This document shows, in pieces, positions 29,436-37,021 of a stretch of 64,000 nucleotides of DNA. The translations under genes and the position numbers were made by a program. The DNA comes from Parachlamydiales bacterium (lineage in GTDB: Bacteria > Chlamydiota > Chlamydiia > Chlamydiales > Rhabdochlamydiaceae), in assembly GCA_963705295.1 (NCBI GenBank), contig OY970065.1:1792001-1856000 (forward strand), written 5' to 3'. The notes under the pieces were generated by a model. The model had not been told where the DNA came from, did no database searches, and saw only the letters and a list, made by a program, of their open reading frames with translations. Every line of letters starts with the position of its first letter. Position 1 is the stretch's first letter.

Positions 29436-29848
29436 AGATAGTAGGTTACCATACAACCTAAAATGGCGCCACCGATCACGTCGTGCACCCAATGGGCTTT
29501 GATCAAAACACGCCCCGCCGCTACTCCCACCGCATCGACTAAAGAGAGTGCTAAAAGCGGTTTAGGAACATTTGAAGCACCATATCGAAAGATCAAAAAC
29601 GATGGTCCCAAAAAAGCCGCTGCCGTATCACCCGATGGAAAAGACCTGCTCCCTCCATTCGGCCTCTTCTCGGCTATGACCGTTTTTAAGATCTCAATAC
29701 AGATCTGATTGACACCCGTTGCGATACATAGCCAATTAAAACCTTCATAGTCCTCCCTCTTCAGGGCATAAATCCCCGAGGCGAGAGGTAACAGAATTTG
29801 GTTGGTCCACGTGTACCAACCAATACCGTGTCGTAACGATGAACTCAT
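29408..29848 (-). CDS. PAP2 family membrane phosphatase
   Basis: K......RP, SFPSGDT (canonical PSGH) and R.....H...DV motifs. Confidence 0.82.
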   Translation of the reverse strand: MSSSLRHGIGWYTWTNQILLPLASGIYALKREDYEGFNWLCIATGVNQICIEILKTVIAEKRPNGGSRSFPSGDTAAAFLGPSFLIFRYGASNVPKPLLALSLVDAVGVAAGRVLIKAHWVHDVIGGAILGCMVTYYLCSTKPSSY

Positions 29849-29849
29849 T

Positions 29850-30335
29850 TTATGATTCTGTTTTTTCTTCTCGGAATTCTTTCTCAATGAGAACTTCTGC
29901 AAAATTTTTCGTCATCCGATCAAACAAAATAGTTCCCGGTTTAAGTTCTTTGGTAAGATCTTGAATTTTTCTTTCCTTACTGTAAGCTACAGCTAAAGCT
30001 CTTCCCCAGTATTTTTGGAACTTACTATTATCATGAATCACTGCGTCTAAATTCTGTGACCATTTTCTAAGATTATAAGAGAACCATCCCACAGCACCAC
30101 TCAGGCCTGATAGAAGTAACGCAGGGACAGGTTTCTTTGAAGAATGGTAAACGAATAAACTGAGCGCTGCGAAAGCTAGTGCTGCAATAGTCAAAACCTG
30201 AGAAGAACCTTTAGAATCCTTAACTTCTTCCTCTAAAACTGCAATATCGCTTTTATAATTTCTACTGAGTTTTTTTTCTGTAGCATGCAAAGCCGATGAA
30301 ACTGCTCGAGAAGCTATTCGAATAGCAAATGCCAT
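29850..30335 (-). CDS. Hypothetical protein with bilobed hydrophobic segment (Inc-like)
   Basis: Two adjacent hydrophobic helices joined by a short HSSKKP loop. Confidence 0.5.
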   Translation of the reverse strand: MAFAIRIASRAVSSALHATEKKLSRNYKSDIAVLEEEVKDSKGSSQVLTIAALAFAALSLFVYHSSKKPVPALLLSGLSGAVGWFSYNLRKWSQNLDAVIHDNSKFQKYWGRALAVAYSKERKIQDLTKELKPGTILFDRMTKNFAEVLIEKEFREEKTES

Positions 30336-30537
30336 AAATTTCTCCTTTTTGTGTGTTAAAGTTTAGTGAAAAAACGAGAAAAATACAAGATTAGAATTCA
30401 GATGCAAGTAACTCATTATCAATGATAAACAAACATTAAATTTTAAGTATATATCAAGTTTTTATATTAGTTGATTAGTTAATTATTAAATGTTAAATTA
30501 TTTGAAGAATGAAACAAATTAACAAAAGAAACAAACA

Positions 30538-31176
30538 ATGAAATTAACAAACCTTTTAGCAGTTGCTTTATGTGGTAGCGGATTTCAGCCGAAACCGGTG
30601 GGGAAAACTAAAGATTTTCTTACTGTCAATGGAAGATTTGAATCAAAGAAAACTTTGAATGATCGGACTTGGGACACGGTAAGAAATATTTTATTTACAG
30701 ACAGGGTTTCCAATAAAAACAAACTCAAGCTGATGGCTGTTGCAAGCGTTGCAGCCTACGTCTTTATTCCAGGTATCGAAAGATTAGCAATCGGACTTCT
30801 GTGCCCAGCTCTCGGCTCTGTGATGCTCTTGGCATGGGTTGGATACCAACTCAGTCGATTTTTAGCTGGAAAAATCCCCAGCTTGCTCGGTTCTACAGTT
30901 GCACCTAAAGCTCTGGAAGGTATTCCAGCTGCTGCCGCTCTAGTCAAAGAAGTCAAAGCCTTAACAAGCCGGGCAGAGATCATGACATCTGACAAATGGG
31001 TAAAGGAATTCGCCGCCATGAGCACAGCTCCAAAAACAGAGCCTTCTGAAGAAGAAAAAGAAGCTGAGCGGATTAAAGCAGAAGAGGCGAAAAAAGCTTA
31101 CCTCAGAATGGAAAAAGCCAGACAGATGCGGCAAATACAACAAAGACGCCGAGCTGGTACGATGGCACGCCTCTAA
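30538..31176 (+). CDS. Hypothetical protein with bilobed hydrophobic segment and charged coiled-coil tail (Inc-like)
   Basis: ~40 aa hydrophobic hairpin; E/K/R/Q-rich C-terminus. Confidence 0.5.
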   Translation: MKLTNLLAVALCGSGFQPKPVGKTKDFLTVNGRFESKKTLNDRTWDTVRNILFTDRVSNKNKLKLMAVASVAAYVFIPGIERLAIGLLCPALGSVMLLAWVGYQLSRFLAGKIPSLLGSTVAPKALEGIPAAAALVKEVKALTSRAEIMTSDKWVKEFAAMSTAPKTEPSEEEKEAERIKAEEAKKAYLRMEKARQMRQIQQRRRAGTMARL

Positions 31177-31220
31177 AACACTCTTGACGAAAGGCATATA
31201 CTCCTTTATGTAAAGTTGAT

Positions 31221-32018
31221 ATGCGGTCCATCTGGAAAGGTGCTCTTAGTTTTGGTCTCATTCACATTCCCGTGCGGCTCTATAGTGCGAGTAGGTCACG
31301 GGAACTTCAATTTAAACTTCTCCATAAACAAGATTTATCAGAGATTCGGTATGCGCGGATCTGCAAGGCTGATGGTAAAGAAATTCCTTGGACTGACATC
31401 GTCAAAGGATACGAATATCGGGAAGGTGATTATGTGGTCCTCACCGAGGAAGATTTTGCCCGGGCTAACTTAAAAAAAACAAAAACCATTGAAATCCTCG
31501 AATTTGCAAAAGAAGATGAAATTGAGCCGATTTACTACGAAAAACCGTACTATCTCGAACCGGAACAAGGGGCTGCCAAGGCATACCATCTCTTGAGAGA
31601 GGCTCTCAAACAGTCGAAGAAAGTGGCCGTTGGGAATTTTATTCTCAAACAACACGAACACGTCGGTGTGATCAAGCCGTACAAGGATATCCTCGTCTTG
31701 AACCAGCTCCGGTATAACGCCGAACTGACTCATCCGAAAGATCTCCATATTCCGAAAGAAACCTCTCTTCCCAAAAATGAGGTGGCCATTGCCCTGGAAC
31801 TGATCGATCAACTGACAAAGCCGTTCAAACCCGAAGATTTTAAAGATACCTACACCAAAGAAGTGAAGAAAATCATCGAGCAAAAAGCGAAAGGGAAAAA
31901 AGTTAAAATCAAAAAAGGGGCCGAGGAAAAACCACCCAAAATACACGATATCATGTCACTTCTTCGAACTAGTTTAGAACAACATAAGAAAAAACCGAAA
32001 CGACGTCGCGCCGCGTGA
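31221..32018 (+). CDS. ku: NHEJ DNA end-binding protein Ku
   Basis: MRSIWKGALSFGLI.IPV.LYSA, IVKGYE and Y..PYYL.P motifs; D.M..L..SL plus a basic tail. Confidence 0.96.
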   Translation: MRSIWKGALSFGLIHIPVRLYSASRSRELQFKLLHKQDLSEIRYARICKADGKEIPWTDIVKGYEYREGDYVVLTEEDFARANLKKTKTIEILEFAKEDEIEPIYYEKPYYLEPEQGAAKAYHLLREALKQSKKVAVGNFILKQHEHVGVIKPYKDILVLNQLRYNAELTHPKDLHIPKETSLPKNEVAIALELIDQLTKPFKPEDFKDTYTKEVKKIIEQKAKGKKVKIKKGAEEKPPKIHDIMSLLRTSLEQHKKKPKRRRAA

Positions 32019-32920
32019 TGTTGGCAACGCTTGTCAAAAAACCGTTCAACAGCCCGGAGTGGGTTTTTGAGATCAAATGGGATGGGTACCGCGCCCTTGC
32101 CTTTAAAAACAGAGAAGTTCGTCTGATCTCTCGGAATCAAAAGTCGTTCAATTCCAAGTTTCCCTCCCTTGTCAGAGAATTGAAAAAAATTCCAGGTAAG
32201 TGGATCTTCGATGGAGAAATTGTCATTTTAGATAAAAAGGGGAAATCGAATTTTCAGTTGATGCAAAATTATCTCAGAGCTCGAGAAGGGACACTTTTCT
32301 ATTACGTCTTCGATATTTTATCGTATAACGGCAAAGATCTGACACAGCTTCCTCTGGTGGAACGGAAAGCGGTATTAAAGAAGCTTCTCAAAAAAGCACC
32401 TGTTTCTCATATTCGATACGGAGAGGATGTGGATACATACGGGATCAACTTTTTCAAAGCCGCAGTCAAGCAAGGTCTCGAAGGGATTGTCGCCAAAAGA
32501 AAAGCTAGTACGTATCAATTGGGGCGGAGCAGAGATTGGCTGAAAATTAAAAATGGATACAGGCAAGAATTTGTGATCGGAGGGTTTACCAAGCCCAAAG
32601 GAAGTCGGGCCTATTTCGGTTCTCTCCTGGTGGGAGTGTATAAAAAAGGAAAACTTGTCTTTGCCGGCCATGTCGGCGGTGGATTTGACCAAAAAACTCT
32701 TGAAAGTGTTTACAAAGAGCTCAAAAAACTCGTAACCACAAAATGCCCTTTCGCGAACCCTCCAAAACCCAATATGCCGGTGACATGGGTGAAGCCTAAA
32801 CTGGTGTGTGAAGTGGCTTTTGCAGAATGGACATCGGAAGGGATTTTAAGGCAGCCGATTTTTAAAGGGCTCCGTGTCGATAAACCGGCTAAAGAAGTGA
32901 TCCATGAAAAACCCGTTTAA
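32015..32920 (+). CDS. ligD: NHEJ ATP-dependent DNA ligase (LigD ligase domain only)
   Basis: EIKWDGYR, DGEI, YVFDIL, EGIVAKR, RSRDWLKIK and LRQPIFKGLR.DK. Confidence 0.93.
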   Translation: MMLATLVKKPFNSPEWVFEIKWDGYRALAFKNREVRLISRNQKSFNSKFPSLVRELKKIPGKWIFDGEIVILDKKGKSNFQLMQNYLRAREGTLFYYVFDILSYNGKDLTQLPLVERKAVLKKLLKKAPVSHIRYGEDVDTYGINFFKAAVKQGLEGIVAKRKASTYQLGRSRDWLKIKNGYRQEFVIGGFTKPKGSRAYFGSLLVGVYKKGKLVFAGHVGGGFDQKTLESVYKELKKLVTTKCPFANPPKPNMPVTWVKPKLVCEVAFAEWTSEGILRQPIFKGLRVDKPAKEVIHEKPV

Positions 32921-33722
32921 AAATTTAGATAAGGTTTTATGGAAGGAAGACGGTTACACGAAAGGTGATCTTCTAAAATATTATGAAAAAGTCGCTCCTC
33001 TGATTTTACCGTATTTGAAAGACAGGCCTTTGGTCTTAAACCGTTTTCCGGATGGAATCGAGGGTGGCCATTTTTATCAAAAAAACGCCGGAGTCCATGT
33101 TCCAAAATTCGTTAAAACCATAGCCATTCATCAAGAAAATAAATGGATCCACTATATCGTGGTTCAAAATATCGAAACACTCCTCTATGTCGCTAATCTG
33201 GTAACAGAACTCCATATTTTCAATGCTCGTATCGGTCATCTTGAAAAGCCCGATTATATGGTTTTTGATATCGATCCACTCGGTGTTCCTTTTCGTGAAA
33301 CTATCAAAACAGCAAGACTCATCCATGACATGTTGGATGAGATGGATGCACCCAACTTTTGCAAAACCTCCGGAGGAAAGGGGCTTCACATTTATGTTCC
33401 TACGCGTGGGAAGTATACTCATGATCAAATCAAAACGTTTGTCTATCTGTTTGCTATCGAAGTCCAGAAACGGCTCCCCGATTTGATTTCACTCAAAAGA
33501 ATGCCCTCAAAAAGACACAAAAAAATTTACATCGACTATCTGCAAAATAGAAGACACCAAACCATGGTGGCTCCCTATTCTGTTCGGGCTTTTCCTCACG
33601 CACCTGTCTCGATGCCGCTGAAGTGGAGCGAAGTAAAACCAGGCCTCGATCCTCTCCAATTTACCCTCAAGACCCCGATCAGAAAAACCGATGCTTTCAA
33701 AGGAGTTCTGAAACTTGGATAA
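32904..33722 (+). CDS. LigD primase-polymerase (POL) domain, stand-alone
   Basis: NLDKVLW, R.P.GI.G..FYQK, FDIDP, KTSGGKGLHI, IDYLQN and APYSVRA motifs. Confidence 0.92.
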   Translation: MKNPFKNLDKVLWKEDGYTKGDLLKYYEKVAPLILPYLKDRPLVLNRFPDGIEGGHFYQKNAGVHVPKFVKTIAIHQENKWIHYIVVQNIETLLYVANLVTELHIFNARIGHLEKPDYMVFDIDPLGVPFRETIKTARLIHDMLDEMDAPNFCKTSGGKGLHIYVPTRGKYTHDQIKTFVYLFAIEVQKRLPDLISLKRMPSKRHKKIYIDYLQNRRHQTMVAPYSVRAFPHAPVSMPLKWSEVKPGLDPLQFTLKTPIRKTDAFKGVLKLG

Positions 33723-35448
33723 ACACGACGTTGCAAAAATCTTGGATCAAATTGGAGTGTTGCTCGAGCTCAAAGGAGAAAATCCGTTTAAAATCAGGGC
33801 GTATCACAATGCCGCTCGCGCAATCGAAAACTTAGACGAAGATCTTGAGAAAATTGTCGAAGAAAAACAGCTCGAAGAAATTCCGGGCATCGGGAAAAAA
33901 ATTGCCAAAAAAATCACAACACTTATCCAGACGGGAAAATTACCGTATTTTGAAAAGCTTAAAAAAAGAACACCCGAAGGTCTTTTGCAACTCCTCCATG
34001 TTCCTGGTCTGGGAGGAAAGAAAATCAAAACGCTCTATGAAAAACTTAAAATTAAATCGACAGACGATCTTCTGACCGCCTGCAATTTAGGGAAAATTGC
34101 CAAGCTCAAAGGGTTTGGGGAAAAGACTCAAGAAAATATCCGCGCAGGAATTGCAAAATTAAAAGAATACAGTCAGCGGATTCTTTGGTGGAATGCCACG
34201 GAGATTGCACAGCCGCTCTTAGAGAAATTATGTCGGTTGAAATCGGTGAAGAAAGCCGAAGTTGCGGGGAGTTATCGAAGAAAATTAGAGACCGTTGGAG
34301 ATCTTGACTTCGTCGTGGCGTCTTCTTCTCCTGAAGTCGTCATGGATTGGTTTACCAAACTCCCAGAAGTTGCCCTCATTGCTTCTAAAGGCCCGAGAAA
34401 ATCGTCTGTCCGTCTGAAAGACGGGATTGGGGCCGATATTAGGGTAGTTCCTGAAAATCAATATCCTTTTGCTCTCCTCTATTTTACCGGATCTAAAAAT
34501 CATAACATTCACCTGAGGCAGAGAGCCCTTCATCAAGGACTTTCCTTGAATGAATACGGGATCGAGCCGGTGAAGAAAAAACACACAAAACTCCCCAAAA
34601 AAATAACTTCCGAAGAAGAAATCTATAAAACCCTCGGACTTTCTTACATTCCACCCGAGCTCCGAGAAGATTTAGGAGAAATCGAGGCTGCCGAAAAAGG
34701 GAAAATTCCAAAGCTTGTCGAAGAGATCGATATCCGGGGTGTTTTTCATTGTCATACGACTGAATCAGATGGACACAATACCCTTCAAGAAATGGTGGCG
34801 GCGGCTCAAGATCTCGGCTGGGAATATATTGGGATTTCAGACCATTCGAAATCGAGTTTTCAGGCCAATGGGATGGATGAAGATCGTCTTTTTGCCGAGC
34901 TCGAGCGGATTCGGAAACTCAACCGATCGAAAAAATTTTCAACCCATGTTTTCGCTGGACTTGAATGTGATATATTAAATAACGGCTCGCTTGATTTTCC
35001 AAACTCCGTCTTAAAACAACTCGATTTTGTGATCGTTTCAATCCATCGATCGTTCAATATGACCGAAAAAGCCATGACAAACCGGCTGATCAAAGCGATC
35101 GAAAATCCGTACACGACGATGGTGGCCCATCTCACCGGCCGGCTCCTTCTCAAAAGGGACGCCTACGCGCTCAATATTCCTAAAATCATCGATGCGTGCA
35201 TTGCCAATCACAAGATCATAGAGCTGAATGCGTTTCCCAACCGGCTCGATATGGATTGGAGATTTTGGCGGAAAGCCAAAGAAAAAGGACTCAAATGCAG
35301 CATCAACCCTGATGCCCATTCAACCGACCATCTTCTTTATTATAAAGCTGGAGTCCAGTGTGCAAGAAAAGGGTGGCTTGAAAAAGATGACATCTTCAAC
35401 ACCCTCCCCTTGTCCAAAGTACGTGATTATCTAGATTCTGCCAAGTAA
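33715..35448 (+). CDS. polX: DNA polymerase X / PHP 3'-5' exonuclease
   Basis: GENPFKIRAY, AGSYRR..ETVGDLD, YFTGSK.HN and IPPELRE motifs; PHP motifs HCHT, DHS, DAH. Confidence 0.95.
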   Translation: MDKHDVAKILDQIGVLLELKGENPFKIRAYHNAARAIENLDEDLEKIVEEKQLEEIPGIGKKIAKKITTLIQTGKLPYFEKLKKRTPEGLLQLLHVPGLGGKKIKTLYEKLKIKSTDDLLTACNLGKIAKLKGFGEKTQENIRAGIAKLKEYSQRILWWNATEIAQPLLEKLCRLKSVKKAEVAGSYRRKLETVGDLDFVVASSSPEVVMDWFTKLPEVALIASKGPRKSSVRLKDGIGADIRVVPENQYPFALLYFTGSKNHNIHLRQRALHQGLSLNEYGIEPVKKKHTKLPKKITSEEEIYKTLGLSYIPPELREDLGEIEAAEKGKIPKLVEEIDIRGVFHCHTTESDGHNTLQEMVAAAQDLGWEYIGISDHSKSSFQANGMDEDRLFAELERIRKLNRSKKFSTHVFAGLECDILNNGSLDFPNSVLKQLDFVIVSIHRSFNMTEKAMTNRLIKAIENPYTTMVAHLTGRLLLKRDAYALNIPKIIDACIANHKIIELNAFPNRLDMDWRFWRKAKEKGLKCSINPDAHSTDHLLYYKAGVQCARKGWLEKDDIFNTLPLSKVRDYLDSAK

Positions 35449-35586
35449 AGCTAGAATAAGTATGATAATGAGAATGAGTCCAATGATTCCAAATGGACCG
35501 TATCCCCAACCAGAGCTATATTTCCATCTTGGAATAGCGCCGATTAACAATAGAATCAGGATTACAATGAGTATTGTGCCTAACAT
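35431..35586 (-). CDS. DUF3309 family small membrane protein
   Basis: MLGTILIVILILLLIGAIPRW.YS.GWGYGP; GGAGG RBS. Confidence 0.88.
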   Translation of the reverse strand: MLGTILIVILILLLIGAIPRWKYSSGWGYGPFGIIGLILIIILILALLGRI

Positions 35587-35640
35587 AATTCCTCCTTCTA
35601 TTCTCATCACTAGCATAAAGGCGAATTATTCTATGCTTTA

Positions 35641-35800
35641 TTAACCCGAAGGTCAAATAGTTAACAAAAGGGCTTAGCGAGGCAAAGCCAGATTGATTCT
35701 CGCGAGGAATAACATTCTTGAATACGAAGGATTCCGAGCGAGAATCGATATGGCGAAGCCACAGCAAGCATCTTTGTTAACTATTTGACCTTCGGGTTAA
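35641..35800. mobile_element. 160 bp palindromic MITE-like element flanked by TA
   Basis: Perfect 28 bp TIR ttaacccgaaggtcaaatagttaacaaa / tttgttaactatttgaccttcgggttaa. TA at 35639-35640 and 35801-35802. Internal stem gattctcgc / gcgagaatc. Confidence 0.92.
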
Positions 35801-36863
35801 TAATTAAACATGTTAAAGCATGATGATCAGAAAGAGCTGTTTGGGGGTTATATAAAGAATCAAAAGCAGGAATCACCCGGCACTCTTTTATGGTTGAAGT
35901 ATTTCCAGGTTTTAAGAGAGAAATATAATCAATCTTTTCGTCACGAGTACGAGGTCCTCTTGTCCATTGCCTTGACAATTCACTCGTGCATGTCTCTTTG
36001 TCCCCGAGATACCCATGGATGAGATATCGACTCAATAATTTTCCTTCTTCAGAGTCCCTTTCGATATTCAAATCTCCAGCTATGATAGTCGGGAGTGAAG
36101 GGAGGCTTGCAAGATAGTGCACCATCTCTAGAAACTGCTCTTGTCCTTTTGCGGAAGAATGGCCTTCCAAATGGGTTGCAACAATCCGAACCTTATTATC
36201 AATTTCTAAAATCGCAAATCCCCTCCGCATAGTCCATTTATTATTGGAAAAAGGGTGATTCGAAAAATGGGAAACCGAAGTTTTTGTGAAAACCATACAT
36301 CCGCTTTCCATTCCATAACTATTGGGTCCTAAATGGATGTAAAAATGGGCAAACTCTCCGCGAAATTGCTCGATGAGGGCCTCTGCAAGAGCTGTATCAA
36401 AAACTTCCTGCAAAACGACAACATCTGCGCCACTTTTTTGAATTTCAGCAACAATACCACCCAGTCGATCTCTCCAGGGAATACATCCGCCACATGAATA
36501 TTGTAAACCTCCGGTAAATCCCAGGATATTCCACGTCATGAGTTTGATGTCATGGACCGGTTTCTCAGGGGCCCTCCCTAAAACATGGATGAACGGCTTT
36601 TTTTGGAGTGCAAAAGCTAGTTGACGAAATTGGCGACAGATCATTCCCAAAAAAACGATCGACCCGAGAGTAAAAAAAGGAGAAACTACGACACAGACCA
36701 GCGCAGCGAAGGCAACCATTCCTGTATTCAAAACACGATGCGTTAACTTATAGGAAGAATTTAAAGGAGAAATGAGTCGATGACACCACTCGGATACCGT
36801 GCAAAACGGTTCAGCCAAATCCGAAGATATATTATAAAATGTTCTATCAAGTTCGACAGCCAT
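35781..36863 (-). CDS. Endonuclease/exonuclease/phosphatase (EEP) family protein with N-terminal hydrophobic hairpin
   Basis: MTWNI, LQEVFD, ATHL, GDLN, IDYI and LSDH motifs. The last codons come from the repeat TIR. Confidence 0.85.
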   Translation of the reverse strand: MAVELDRTFYNISSDLAEPFCTVSEWCHRLISPLNSSYKLTHRVLNTGMVAFAALVCVVVSPFFTLGSIVFLGMICRQFRQLAFALQKKPFIHVLGRAPEKPVHDIKLMTWNILGFTGGLQYSCGGCIPWRDRLGGIVAEIQKSGADVVVLQEVFDTALAEALIEQFRGEFAHFYIHLGPNSYGMESGCMVFTKTSVSHFSNHPFSNNKWTMRRGFAILEIDNKVRIVATHLEGHSSAKGQEQFLEMVHYLASLPSLPTIIAGDLNIERDSEEGKLLSRYLIHGYLGDKETCTSELSRQWTRGPRTRDEKIDYISLLKPGNTSTIKECRVIPAFDSLYNPQTALSDHHALTCLIINPKVK

Positions 36864-36911
36864 AGGAAAATTATATATTCATCCGAGAAGCAAGTAAATA
36901 TCTAAGATAAT

Positions 36912-37018
36912 TTATCCTGCATATCCTGCCGCCGAAGGCGATCCTGCACATCCTGTTCTCCTAATATGGGATGACAGGATAAACAGGATCGCCTTCGGCG
37001 GCAGGATGTGCAGGATAA
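36912..37018. repeat. Intergenic palindrome (45 bp arms), CAGGAT repeat family
   Basis: ttatcctgcatatcctgccgccgaaggcgatcctgcacatcctgt / acaggataaacaggatcgccttcggcggcaggatgtgcaggataa, immediately downstream of ligA. Confidence 0.88.
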
Positions 37019-37021
37019 GAA

